Virus record (IMG/VR): IMGVR_UViG_3300005289_000016
Span: 124,001 to 188,000 of that record
Length of the DNA stretch: 64,000 nucleotides
Reading direction: 5' to 3' (one strand)
Under the pieces are notes generated by a model that was given only the letters and a program-made list of their open reading frames with translations, was not told the DNA's origin and made no database searches. Shown here one piece after another: positions 36,522-46,085 of the stretch. The position numbers were made by a program, and so were the translations under genes. Each line of letters opens with the position of its first letter. Positions within the stretch are counted from its first letter, which is position 1.

Positions 36522-37544
36522 TTACACGTTGTAGTGGAGGTAAATCTTGCCCGTAGCCCACGCACGTTGCGTCGATGCACCGAAACCGGAGCCTGCGTAG
36601 CTTTCCGCCGTGCTGTAGATAACCACACGGTTGTAGAACTCGGAGTTGGCTTCTGGAACGTCGGGGTGAGGCAGGGAGTACCGCCGGGCCATGAGGCCAG
36701 TCAGGTCGTACTTGGTATTGATGCCGTTCACGACATCTTGCGGGCCGGCCGGTTGCACCAGAGTGTAGCTCGACCCATCGCGGGCTTTGAGCGTACGCAG
36801 CAGGTTGTCTTCGATCCACCGGCGCACTGTCTGACCACCGTCGTTATAGTTATCGCCGACGTAAACGTTGTTTCGTACACCGCCGACGTATCCGTTGGCC
36901 ACGTACATGTTTTCCAAGTAGGCGGCAGCGAAGGTGTAATCGACGTCGAAGCCGTCTGGTAGCACCCAGTACCGATGGTTGGCTTCAACGCTGAAGTCGT
37001 TACCGCCTGGGAAACGACGACCCAGCAATTGGTCAACAGGCAGAAGAGACTCGAGAGTCCGCTCACCGATTTCCCAACGGCAAGGCACCGTGCCCACAAA
37101 GGCAAGGTTGGTTGCCAGAGGCGTCAGGTTCCACAGGTCCCCACGAACGCCGTTGTAACCGGTCAGGTTGACGTCGGTCCATTCTGCTGGGTTGAAGTTG
37201 AACCCGTACTTCTCACCGTACAGCGGCAACAGGTTACGCGCTGTGGTCAGAACGGTACTGTTGGCGCCGGTGTTGGCAATCCAGTTCTGGACATGCGGCG
37301 TCACGTTCTTGAAGATACGTGCGATGTCCAGACGACGGTAAGTCAACAGCACGTTACCGGTGTAGTTGGTGTTCGGCTTGGCCATCACTCGAATGCGGGT
37401 GTTGTGACCATTGCCCGGGTCCGTGATGACTTCAGGGATACTGAAATCAAAGTCGGTTTCGTTGATCGGGAACGGCAACTGAGGGTTGCCGGCATTGATC
37501 AGAGCGACGACCATTTGCTTGGTCGTTTTGCTATAAATAGCCAT
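36522..37544 (-). CDS. virion structural paralogue
   Basis: VALINAGN..NTRIRV..YTGNVLLTYRRLDI; GKIYLHYN. Confidence 0.85.
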   Translation of the reverse strand: MAIYSKTTKQMVVALINAGNPQLPFPINETDFDFSIPEVITDPGNGHNTRIRVMAKPNTNYTGNVLLTYRRLDIARIFKNVTPHVQNWIANTGANSTVLTTARNLLPLYGEKYGFNFNPAEWTDVNLTGYNGVRGDLWNLTPLATNLAFVGTVPCRWEIGERTLESLLPVDQLLGRRFPGGNDFSVEANHRYWVLPDGFDVDYTFAAAYLENMYVANGYVGGVRNNVYVGDNYNDGGQTVRRWIEDNLLRTLKARDGSSYTLVQPAGPQDVVNGINTKYDLTGLMARRYSLPHPDVPEANSEFYNRVVIYSTAESYAGSGFGASTQRAWATGKIYLHYNV

Positions 37545-37576
37545 GGATTAAAACCTTCTCAGGAAAAGGGACGAAG

Positions 37577-38380
37577 TCACCAGTTCAGATCATAATGGAA
37601 ATAGATCGGACCCATCACACCACCACCGGCGTAAGTCTGAATCATGACCCGCTCGAACGTTTGATTCGCTGTAGGAACAGCGCTGGTGGGCATGTCGACT
37701 ACGGCGCTGTTGTACCACGCGGGCATCCCGGCTTTTAGACCTACCGCCATGACCTGATCGAAGTTAGCCCAGCGGCCGGTCTTCGGATCAATCTTCAGTT
37801 GGTCTTTGTAAGCGGTGAAATCGAAGTTGTAAGCACTGACGTAGCCAGACTTACGTCCGCCGAGTTCAACCAAGTCAACCGGGTGGGTCAATACAGGCAG
37901 CAACTGAACAATGACCACGGTTTCCAGCAACGGGTTGCCGAAGGTCATCTCAAGGGTGATGGTGCCAGCCCAGTTCCATGACTGTTCCTTGACCACGATC
38001 TCGATAGGCTTGGTTTCTTCCAAGTTCTCGAAGATTGGAACGTTGATCGCATTCAGGTCGGTGGCTTCGAGATAGAAACCGTACTTCGCATTGAGCTGAG
38101 CAATGATCCACGCCGGAGTGATCTCGCCATTGGTCCGAAGGTTAGGCGTCAGGCCTGCATCCTCGAACAACTTAGGTAAGTCGTGACGGTTGTAGAAGAT
38201 CTCGATCTGGCCCTTGTAGCCCTTTCCGTGGATACCGGCGACTTGGACACCCGTGTTACGGACATCGGTCTCCTGCTTTGCCACAGGCAGCGAGAGGGAC
38301 ACGTTCTCCAACGTGAGGGGCCGACGTAACGAGCTGTTCGCTTCGTTAATCAGCTGGAGGATAGTTAGACGACCGTCCAT
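37577..38380 (-). CDS. virion structural paralogue
   Basis: ILQLINEAN..RNTGV..YKGQIEIFYNRHDL; GPIYFHYD. Confidence 0.85.
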   Translation of the reverse strand: MDGRLTILQLINEANSSLRRPLTLENVSLSLPVAKQETDVRNTGVQVAGIHGKGYKGQIEIFYNRHDLPKLFEDAGLTPNLRTNGEITPAWIIAQLNAKYGFYLEATDLNAINVPIFENLEETKPIEIVVKEQSWNWAGTITLEMTFGNPLLETVVIVQLLPVLTHPVDLVELGGRKSGYVSAYNFDFTAYKDQLKIDPKTGRWANFDQVMAVGLKAGMPAWYNSAVVDMPTSAVPTANQTFERVMIQTYAGGGVMGPIYFHYDLNW

Positions 38381-38388
38381 GTATCACC

Positions 38389-39240
38389 TCACTGTGGTTC
38401 GGCGAACGGATCGACCGGCTCGCTGAAGTGGATGATCAGATCGCCCGTGATGCCGTAGGCGTTGTCATGATCCAAACGCACTTGCAGGCCGTAGTCGTAG
38501 CTGCTGTTGAACAGCCCGTTGTCCGCTGTGGAACCCGCCGCCAAGATCTGAGCACCTTGCAGGCTGTACTCGGCATAACCAGTGAATGCCCAAGCATCAC
38601 CCGTCACATCGGTCAAGATCGTGGCCAGTTCCTGAGGAATGGCTTGACCGACCGTCAAGGTCTTCAGGTACGCCACGTGCTCGGAGAAGTTACGCCAGTA
38701 GCTGTACATCTGCGCAAATGGCAGCGTTGCATATGGCGTTGGATAATCCAGACCAGGCAATGCCGTAACAGTCAGGTAGTTCTCCAGTGGGATCTCGCCT
38801 TGGGACACGGACACCGACACAGTGCCGATCCAACCCAAGCTACTTGGTTCAGCAGTCAGCTGTACGGTCTTGTAGTCAGAAAGGTCTTCAGCATCCACCA
38901 GCACCACATCTGTGGTTTCGAGGTTGGTACCGAACCGCGCATTCAGGAAAGGCAGCAGGTCGTGTGAGTTCGTCACACTCGGTGCTTTCAACGTCAGCGT
39001 GACCAGCTTGGCCAAGTCGTCCAGCTTCAGGCGGTTGTAGAAGATGTCCACATCGCCTTGGTACGGAGCCGCTGTGTTATTCGCCCGGATGGTTACGTGC
39101 GAGTTGTGATTGGGGTGTTGACCGGTCTGGTTCAACTGGGGATTGATGAAATCATAATCCTCAGGGTCCAGTACGATCCCGCCGTTATTGCTCCCCACGA
39201 CATTCAAGAGTGTCGTGACGGGGTCTTTATAAAGAGACAT
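38389..39240 (-). CDS. virion structural paralogue
   Basis: HNSHV..YQGDVDIFYNRLKL; LPGLDYP; GDLIIHF. Confidence 0.85.
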   Translation of the reverse strand: MSLYKDPVTTLLNVVGSNNGGIVLDPEDYDFINPQLNQTGQHPNHNSHVTIRANNTAAPYQGDVDIFYNRLKLDDLAKLVTLTLKAPSVTNSHDLLPFLNARFGTNLETTDVVLVDAEDLSDYKTVQLTAEPSSLGWIGTVSVSVSQGEIPLENYLTVTALPGLDYPTPYATLPFAQMYSYWRNFSEHVAYLKTLTVGQAIPQELATILTDVTGDAWAFTGYAEYSLQGAQILAAGSTADNGLFNSSYDYGLQVRLDHDNAYGITGDLIIHFSEPVDPFAEPQ

Positions 39241-39253
39241 GGATCATCTCCGA

Positions 39254-40093
39254 TCAAGGATTGTAGTGGAAGAAGGCTGTCCCGGAATACCCGTTCGAGC
39301 GCAAGAGAGTCTGGACCACTACACGTGAGTACTCTCGGCTGGCGTCCGGATGATCCTTAGTAGCATAATCACGGAGCGTCATCTTGGACGTCGAGGAGAA
39401 GTCAATCCCCGGGAAGTTCTCGATGCCGTAGTATTCACTGAGTGCAGCCTGAAAGGCGGCCTGATCTACCCAGCTACCTTTGTAGTTGTTGCCGTACCGG
39501 TTCACTTTCAACTGTGGCGCAATGAACGAGAAGTCCTGTCCCCATGTGAGTAGACCGACACTGACGTACCCTTCCAGTACTGGATCGGGGTGTTTCAGTT
39601 CAGCGTATTCGCGAGTCGTTACCACACTCGTCAGCATGAGCTGTTCACGGTTGAACAACACTCGGGTGAAGCCGGTGTACGCCAGACTACCCGGCTTAGC
39701 CGTCAGTTCCAACGTGACCTGATCACCACCCGACAACAGCTTCAGGTCGATGTCGACGACATCTTTCTGGGTGAGGTTGATCCCCAGTGCCTTGTTCAGC
39801 TCAGGCAAGAGGCGGTACAGCGTGGATTGACCCAACGCCGAGAACTCAGGACGGTACGTGCCTCGATAGAGGACACCTAGGTCCAGACGGTCATAAAGAA
39901 GAGCCACCTTACCAGCATAGTCTTCAGCGTACACCCCACGAGCCATCACCGTAGTGTTGGAGTCAGGGTTGTCGAGGACGGTGCTGGCTTGACCGAAGAT
40001 GAGGTTGGTCGAATCAAACGCGATGATCGGTGTATTGGCGCGGTTGATCAGATCACGCACCATCTCATCTGGCGAGAGACTGTAGATTGACAT
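39254..40093 (-). CDS. virion structural paralogue
   Basis: RDLINRAN..NTTV..YAGKVALLYDRLDL; GTAFFHYN. Confidence 0.85.
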   Translation of the reverse strand: MSIYSLSPDEMVRDLINRANTPIIAFDSTNLIFGQASTVLDNPDSNTTVMARGVYAEDYAGKVALLYDRLDLGVLYRGTYRPEFSALGQSTLYRLLPELNKALGINLTQKDVVDIDLKLLSGGDQVTLELTAKPGSLAYTGFTRVLFNREQLMLTSVVTTREYAELKHPDPVLEGYVSVGLLTWGQDFSFIAPQLKVNRYGNNYKGSWVDQAAFQAALSEYYGIENFPGIDFSSTSKMTLRDYATKDHPDASREYSRVVVQTLLRSNGYSGTAFFHYNP

Positions 40094-40169
40094 GGTTGGT
40101 TCTCTCTAAGCGACTAGGATCGCCGAGGCCCGTAGACCCCGACGAGTGTTCTGCTCAACCAGCCAGCAC

Positions 40170-40685
40170 TTAGGACAGGCTGAGGGTGAGACCGTCGAGG
40201 ACCTTGGTGGTCACGGCGGTGTTCAGATCCTGGTCAGCCTGCTGGATGGTGATGACTACTTGACCACGGTAAGCGAACGAGCCCGCTGCGGCGATCAGGG
40301 TGAACTGCTGAGGAGTGCTGGTCAGATCGCCCGGCAGGGTCAGGTCCGAACGCACGTCGTCCAGTTGCAGGTTGGAGCCGTAGAACGTGTTGAAGCCGTC
40401 CAGGATGTGCTGGATGGTGACGTCACCTTCTACCTGAATCTGAGAAGGGATCTGGATCTCGAAGTCTGCCAAGTTGATCCGGTTGTAGAGGATCGTGGCA
40501 GTGTTCTTGAAGCCTTTACCCGGGATACCGGTCATCACCAATTCGGTGTTACGCTGTGGGGTTTCGCCCGATGCAGCGACTGGTTCACCGAAGCTGACCT
40601 TCTCGAAAGTCAGGTTAAGACCTGGGTTCTTCTCGTTGACCAGGGCGAGTACCTGGTCCTTTGAAAGCAGGGAAATGTCAGACAT
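40170..40685 (-). CDS. virion structural paralogue (short)
   Basis: LALVNEKN..RNTEL..FKNTATILYNRINL; start assigned to MSDISLL. Confidence 0.8.
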   Translation of the reverse strand: MSDISLLSKDQVLALVNEKNPGLNLTFEKVSFGEPVAASGETPQRNTELVMTGIPGKGFKNTATILYNRINLADFEIQIPSQIQVEGDVTIQHILDGFNTFYGSNLQLDDVRSDLTLPGDLTSTPQQFTLIAAAGSFAYRGQVVITIQQADQDLNTAVTTKVLDGLTLSLS

Positions 40686-40820
40686 GTCTTGATACCCGAA
40701 GTGGATTTGAAGAGCGGCTGACACTCGATAAATCGAGATGAGTTAAAGAGAGCAGCTACACATCATTTGACCACTCAAGATCCCGTAGATCTCTATAAAA
40801 GATATAAAGCAAATAAGGAA

Positions 40821-40846
40821 GGGATACAGGCCTTGGCCTGTATCCC
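40821..40846. terminator. strong hairpin in the divergent intergenic region
   Basis: GGGATACAGGCC-TT-GGCCTGTATCCC. Confidence 0.5.
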
Positions 40847-40926
40847 CTGTTTATAGTGGATTTGATTTTACTCAAACCATACATTACTCTCGTAACCAAA
40901 AACCAATAATCGAAATCCTATTGTAT

Positions 40927-41070
40927 GTACAGGCAGTAGATACTGTCAGGTGAGGGGGTGATCCAGCACGAGCGTTTAACCCGAAACGGTTGAGCATCGA
41001 CGGGAGTCCGAAGCATACGTTTCAACGGCGCCTGTACCGGGCAGCATGGGCTCAAACTCATGCTGCCCAT
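40927..41070 (+). ncRNA. candidate small structured RNA of unknown class
   Basis: TATG at 40924-40927; GTACAGGC (40927-34) pairs with GCCTGTAC (41030-37); then 10-bp terminator stem GGGCAGCATG/CATGCTGCCC. Confidence 0.5.
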
Positions 41071-41103
41071 TTATGCCGACACACATTTTGAAGGAGTATC
41101 CAA

Positions 41104-41259
41104 ATGGGCAGTGAAGTAGGTATCACAGGTAATCTGTTCGACACTCAGGAGAAAGAAGCTGAACCGAACACTCCTCAACCGGTCCGCCAACTCAGCGAGG
41201 GTTTTGCCCAACCGGAAGAGAAGGACGATCCGTATGAAGACCTAGGTTATCGGCGTTAA
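41104..41259 (+). CDS. small acidic protein (51 aa, not in ORF track)
   Basis: AAGGAG RBS; MGSEVGITGNLFDTQEKEAEPNTPQPVRQLSEGFAQPEEKDDPYEDLGYRR. Confidence 0.7.
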   Translation: MGSEVGITGNLFDTQEKEAEPNTPQPVRQLSEGFAQPEEKDDPYEDLGYRR

Positions 41260-41262
41260 CAC

Positions 41263-41291
41263 AGGGCGGGGATGTCCCCGCCCTTATGCCG
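41263..41291 (+). terminator. terminator-like hairpin plus TATGCCG
   Basis: AGGGCGGGG-ATGT-CCCCGCCCT then TATGCCG. Confidence 0.7.
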
Positions 41292-41375
41292 CTTCGCCAA
41301 TTGTAATTAAAAATTATAGGGCGATACATTATATCCATGGAATGACAACCATAACTCAAGTAAGGGGTAAGTAAC

Positions 41376-42125
41376 ATGCGGACCAATCTTCACGATTCTA
41401 ACCCAGGCGATGCTTTGGACATGACCGAACGTCGTCCTGTGGTGGAAACACTGAAAGATGAACACGGCGAGCTGATTGAGATCTACAGCTACCACGAGGC
41501 GACTGGCGATTGCCCAGCCACCGCCCAGACCAACTCGGGAGCTATCCTGATGTCTCGAGTAGAAGAGCTGCGTTTACTTGCGACTCTTCCGCAAGAGCAG
41601 CGCGAAGGCACTGACTCCGTTGATTTGCGCCGACTCATGGTTCGTCGCGATCCAGGCGCCAGTGCTCGCGAGAAGGTGCTCACTCGTGGGCAGAAGGTAA
41701 AGCGTGCTGTGGTCCGGACTTACATCCTGATCATCACGTGTGCCGTACTACTCGTGGCGGGGGCTGCGGGGTACGTGTATTACGAATTTACCAAGCCGGG
41801 TAAACGTATGGTGGACTTCCGCACCTGCCAGTTTGTCGATGAGAAGTTGGGCATCGAGATCACAGGCAAGCGCGAATACTCCTACCTCGAGCGGTCACTG
41901 TTCGGTGTTCACTTCCGTCTGGACAAGGACATCGAAGAGAAGACTCAGATCGACATCAAGGGCGAGTCCATCACCGTCGTAGGTATCAACAAAGACGGTA
42001 GCTGGTGGAACAAGTTCGCTGATGTTGGCGAGCGTGGGATCATGATCTTGAACCATGCTGATCAGTATGTGTTCGCCACCAAGAAGAAAGCGCCAGTGGT
42101 TGGTTACGACCAATTCTGTCGTTAA
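41376..42125 (+). CDS. single-pass membrane protein
   Basis: TM helix TYILIITCAVLLVAGAAGYVYY after a basic stretch. Confidence 0.8.
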   Translation: MRTNLHDSNPGDALDMTERRPVVETLKDEHGELIEIYSYHEATGDCPATAQTNSGAILMSRVEELRLLATLPQEQREGTDSVDLRRLMVRRDPGASAREKVLTRGQKVKRAVVRTYILIITCAVLLVAGAAGYVYYEFTKPGKRMVDFRTCQFVDEKLGIEITGKREYSYLERSLFGVHFRLDKDIEEKTQIDIKGESITVVGINKDGSWWNKFADVGERGIMILNHADQYVFATKKKAPVVGYDQFCR

Positions 42126-42197
42126 GCAAAGACACCAAGAACAGGGAGACAAGGTGTCTCCCGCACTATCTATCTGTACGCAATCATCGAGAACATC

Positions 42198-42407
42198 ATG
42201 GCAGACATCGACGCAAACATCATCAACATCCAGCAAAGCCTGAACAATCTGCTGGAGCGCGTCAGTAAAGGGGAAGTTCTGTCCACGGAAGAAGCCCGTA
42301 CGCTCTTGGAGTGTCGTAAGGGGTTCGATCAGCTCAAGCAGGTCGACACGTACAAGGAAGTGATGAAGGGCGCCAAACTGAAAGCTATCACCGACAAGTG
42401 GGCTTAG
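42198..42407 (+). CDS. small coiled-coil protein
   Basis: GAGA RBS, 69 aa. Confidence 0.7.
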   Translation: MADIDANIINIQQSLNNLLERVSKGEVLSTEEARTLLECRKGFDQLKQVDTYKEVMKGAKLKAITDKWA

Positions 42408-42416
42408 GAGTTCACC

Positions 42417-42785
42417 ATGACGCAACGCAATCTGCCTGCTTGCTACAACTCTCGCGTGGGCTTTCAAGCCAAAGGCGAAGAGAAGAAATACATGAAGACC
42501 TTCGGCTATGGTGACAGAGGTCAACAGATGCTGGAGTACACCACCGATGTGAACGAGGCCAAACTGTTCCGCTCCCATGTAGGCTGGACGAGCCTTGATC
42601 CTGACTTCGACAACTACCACGTAGCGATGGACTTCTTTCGCACGTTCTTCTGTATGAACGGCGCCTATCGTACGGCAGTTGGCTGTGAGAACTTTGCCGA
42701 GCCAGATGGCAGTGTACAGTTCATTACCGAATCCCTAGAAGGCAAGCCCCGGCTGACCTTCGTCCTTATGAAGACCGAGACCTGA
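42417..42785 (+). CDS. hypothetical protein
   Basis: AGGAG RBS. Confidence 0.8.
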   Translation: MTQRNLPACYNSRVGFQAKGEEKKYMKTFGYGDRGQQMLEYTTDVNEAKLFRSHVGWTSLDPDFDNYHVAMDFFRTFFCMNGAYRTAVGCENFAEPDGSVQFITESLEGKPRLTFVLMKTET

Positions 42786-42786
42786 A

Positions 42787-43137
42787 ATGACTGACGCCCT
42801 GGTGAATGTTGTCAAATGGCTACACTCCTCCTCGGGCCGCAGTAAACGAAGCGATACCACTAACCAAGGTTGCTACATGTTAGAGCATGTAGCGACTGGG
42901 CGTTTCTATCTGGGCCAAAGCGAGACCGTTTCATCTGAAGTAGATAAACAACTTTCCCTGCTCGCCATCGGTAAGCATCCCTGTAAGCTCCTTAACAAGC
43001 TTTACGAACGGGATGCTGAGATCCGGTTGTTCGAGTATCCGATCAAAGCTAAGAAGGCCCGTCAGGCGCTCCTGAAAGAGATTAAGGAGACTTGCCTGAC
43101 GGACTACCTGTGCCTCAACCCCAGAGACATCAAATGA
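42787..43137 (+). CDS. GIY-YIG-like protein, probably degenerate
   Basis: GCYMLEH..TGRFYLGQS..; the usual catalytic Arg after YIG is replaced; GKH...L...Y. Confidence 0.6.
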   Translation: MTDALVNVVKWLHSSSGRSKRSDTTNQGCYMLEHVATGRFYLGQSETVSSEVDKQLSLLAIGKHPCKLLNKLYERDAEIRLFEYPIKAKKARQALLKEIKETCLTDYLCLNPRDIK

Positions 43138-43586
43138 CGGGACAAATCAAACTGTTTGAGGAGTTGACCATCTTCGATGCAGCCGATCCATTCACGGATG
43201 CGCCACGTCACAATGGCGTAACGTGGGTTACCCTGCCTAACAGCGCAGGCATCATCGACAATGAAGTGACTTCTCTTGTCCCTGACGACTTTGTGCCGAT
43301 TTACATGAACTGGCCAAAGCGTGACTGGGGTGATGAACCTATTGGCGAGTTCTATAACAAGCTCAAGGTCCGTCAGATCGGCGTCATGCGAGTCACGGCG
43401 CTGGTGAAAGAAAAAGAAAACTGGGTATTACATGGGAAGGTCAGCTACAACGCCGGCGATGCCGTGGACAGTACGTTGCTGACCCATCCATACCCCATTA
43501 TTCAAAGTGTCGACATCGAACGAGGCGATCCTACAAAAGGCCGTCGAGCAATTCGACTTGACCGCTTGATGGTAAACCTAAAGTGA
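43134..43586 (+). CDS. hypothetical protein
   Basis: ATGA overlap. Confidence 0.75.
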   Translation: MTGQIKLFEELTIFDAADPFTDAPRHNGVTWVTLPNSAGIIDNEVTSLVPDDFVPIYMNWPKRDWGDEPIGEFYNKLKVRQIGVMRVTALVKEKENWVLHGKVSYNAGDAVDSTLLTHPYPIIQSVDIERGDPTKGRRAIRLDRLMVNLK

Positions 43587-43600
43587 GTTAGGAGCGCACC

Positions 43601-45640
43601 ATGGACAACCGCATCGAAGCTCTGCGAGCAGAGATCAGTCGTCTGAACCACCTCTATTACAACGAGGGGGAATCAGACGTTGATGATGACGTATACGACT
43701 CCCTCAAAGCTGAGTTGCGCGAGCTTGAAGGGGTAAGTGATGATCCGCTGTCGCCCTTGAACCAAGTGGGTGCGACGGCAGTAGGGGGCTTTGATAAAAT
43801 CAAGCACCTAACACCGATGTTGAGCTTGGGCAACGTCTACAACGAAGAAGAACTGACAGACTGGTGTCTTGGTTTGGGCTACGCTGCCTTTGCGCAGATG
43901 GAACTCAAGCACGACGGTCTGGCGATTGGCCTTCTGTACGACAAAACCAAGCTGAAGTACGCTGCTACCCGTGGCGATGGTGATATTGGTGATGACATCA
44001 CCGAGAATGCCGTGTATTTCGAAGGTGTTCCGGAAGAACTGCCTGAGTTCCCGGGTAAAGTCGAGATCCGGGGTGAAGCCGTCGTACCGCACAAGCACTT
44101 CAAGCGTGTTTGTGAGCTGCGTGAGGCTCAAGGCAAGAAGGTTTACGCCAACCCACGTAACATGGTGGCCGGATTGGCCCGCAAGAAGGAAGGTGCCGAC
44201 CTGATAGGCATGGGGATTCGCTTCATTGCCTACGATGCAGTGGTTCATACCCCTGTCGGACCGATTTCAGTGCCCATGTCGTACTTCAGTCCTGAAGTTC
44301 AGGCTCGGTTCCACATCTCCCTGCCAGTTTGGGAAGGGTTGACCAGCGATATTGGCAACATCATCGAGACAATCGAGGATGTCACCGAGGATCGCCCCAA
44401 CTTAGGACACGACATCGACGGCTTGGTGATCAAACTGGTCAAACCAGCTGAGCGTCAGACCCTCGGACAGCGCTCTACGTCTCCTCGGTGGGCTACAGCG
44501 TTCAAGTTTGAGGCTCAGACTGCCACAACGATCCTGGAAAGTGTCGAAGTGCAGGTCGGTCGGACTGGTGTATTGACTCCGGTGGCTAAAATCCGTCCAG
44601 TGAAGCTTTGTGGCGTGACGATCTCGTCTGTCACCCTGCACAACTTCGAGGAAATCGAGCGTCTTGACTTGCGGATTGGCGATACCGTGGTGGTTTCTCG
44701 TCGTGGTGACGTGATTCCGAAGATCGAGAGCGTGGTGATTGCGCTGCGGGTCGATGAACACGGTGTAGTTCGCACTCCAGTTGAGTGTCCGTGCTGTGGA
44801 TCGAAGGTGACCAAGCGGGATGTGGGCAAAGAGGAGGGGGTGAAGCTGTTCTGCACCAACTTGATCAACTGTCCAGCCCAGCTTATCAACCGGATGGCGT
44901 ACTTCGTCAGCCGCGATGGCATCGACGTGAAGAACTTAGGACCTGCTGCGGTTGAATCGCTGATCGCCACCGGGGTTCTGGGCTCGTTCAGCTCGTTGTT
45001 CTACCTGTCCGAGCAGGATTTCTACGCTGCGGGTATAGGTGAGGCCATGACGGACAAGATCATTGCTGGTCTGAACCGTTGCAAGAAGCTGCCGTTCTAC
45101 AAAGCACTGCGGGCTGTGGGGATTCCCGACGTCGGAGACAGCACTGCACGTGCCTTGGCTCAACGTTTCCCAAGCTTCCGTGATCTTGGCAAGGCCAGCT
45201 TCAAGACCTTGCAGGAAGTAGACGACGTAGGTCCTGCCGTAGCGACCAGCATCATGCTGACGTACATCGCCAACGACAGTGATCTGCATGCGCTCGACAG
45301 TATCTTCACATACACCGACGTGGCTATTCCGAAAGCAGCAGTTCAGGACCTTGCCGGTAAGACGGTCGTGGTCAGTGGCTCTGACTTCGATGGCATGACT
45401 CGTCGGGCGATGGAAGACGATGTGTTCTCACGGGGCGGTAAGCTGACCAAGAGCGTGAGCAAGAACACTGACATCCTCTATGCAGGGATTGGTGCTGGAC
45501 CTGACAAAGTCAGGAAGGCCAAGGAGCTGGGTTTCATCGAAGATGGGATCAAGTTCACCAACCCTAACTCTCTTACCACGCTGTCCTCAACCGACAACGG
45601 ACTTACACCTATCGCAACAGGAGATACCGATGAGCAATGA
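43601..45640 (+). CDS. ligA: NAD+-dependent DNA ligase
   Basis: YY..G.S.V.D..YD, PMLSL, ELKHDG (KxDG), EIRGE, NPRN..AG, DIDGLVIK, QVGRTG..TPVA, CPCCGS..C....CPAQ zinc finger, BRCT-like SVSKNTD. Confidence 0.95.
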   Translation: MDNRIEALRAEISRLNHLYYNEGESDVDDDVYDSLKAELRELEGVSDDPLSPLNQVGATAVGGFDKIKHLTPMLSLGNVYNEEELTDWCLGLGYAAFAQMELKHDGLAIGLLYDKTKLKYAATRGDGDIGDDITENAVYFEGVPEELPEFPGKVEIRGEAVVPHKHFKRVCELREAQGKKVYANPRNMVAGLARKKEGADLIGMGIRFIAYDAVVHTPVGPISVPMSYFSPEVQARFHISLPVWEGLTSDIGNIIETIEDVTEDRPNLGHDIDGLVIKLVKPAERQTLGQRSTSPRWATAFKFEAQTATTILESVEVQVGRTGVLTPVAKIRPVKLCGVTISSVTLHNFEEIERLDLRIGDTVVVSRRGDVIPKIESVVIALRVDEHGVVRTPVECPCCGSKVTKRDVGKEEGVKLFCTNLINCPAQLINRMAYFVSRDGIDVKNLGPAAVESLIATGVLGSFSSLFYLSEQDFYAAGIGEAMTDKIIAGLNRCKKLPFYKALRAVGIPDVGDSTARALAQRFPSFRDLGKASFKTLQEVDDVGPAVATSIMLTYIANDSDLHALDSIFTYTDVAIPKAAVQDLAGKTVVVSGSDFDGMTRRAMEDDVFSRGGKLTKSVSKNTDILYAGIGAGPDKVRKAKELGFIEDGIKFTNPNSLTTLSSTDNGLTPIATGDTDEQ

Positions 45641-46085
45641 ACTGATCATGTTTGATCGCCCCTTGACCGTGGCAGAGGCCGTAGCCAAGGCGCCTGACCA
45701 CAACAATGCATTGGGCTGGGGTATCCAGTCCATGGTGGTCGACACGGTTCGCTCGATGGTGTTGCTGGCCGCTGCACGCTCGGAGCATTTCCGTTATGCT
45801 CTGGGCGTCACGCCTGGCATCGCGCAGTATCTGTACGATCTGCCGGACGGGGCCATCACCAACCCAGATCACTTCAAGCGTACCGAGCAAGTCGGTAGCC
45901 TGATCGGCCACTTCGATAACCAAGAAGTGCATGCCATTCAGGAACTCACCCCCGAAGAGGACCAAGGGCTCATGCTCCTGGTTCTCAACGACGACAAACT
46001 CGCCGTGGGCTACCTCTACACGCAGTTGCGTGAATACGGCGACCACATCAACGTCAACAACATCCTGCCGAAGAAGACCAACTAA
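45630..46085 (+). CDS. hypothetical protein
   Basis: AGGAG RBS before MSNEL. Confidence 0.8.
   Translation: MSNELIMFDRPLTVAEAVAKAPDHNNALGWGIQSMVVDTVRSMVLLAAARSEHFRYALGVTPGIAQYLYDLPDGAITNPDHFKRTEQVGSLIGHFDNQEVHAIQELTPEEDQGLMLLVLNDDKLAVGYLYTQLREYGDHINVNNILPKKTN

Noticed and set aside
40945-40970. SRP (4.5S) RNA similarity from GTCAGGT..CAGC
   Set aside because: The GNRA-capped helix-8 stem (TCC-GGAA-GGA-AGCA) is not formed
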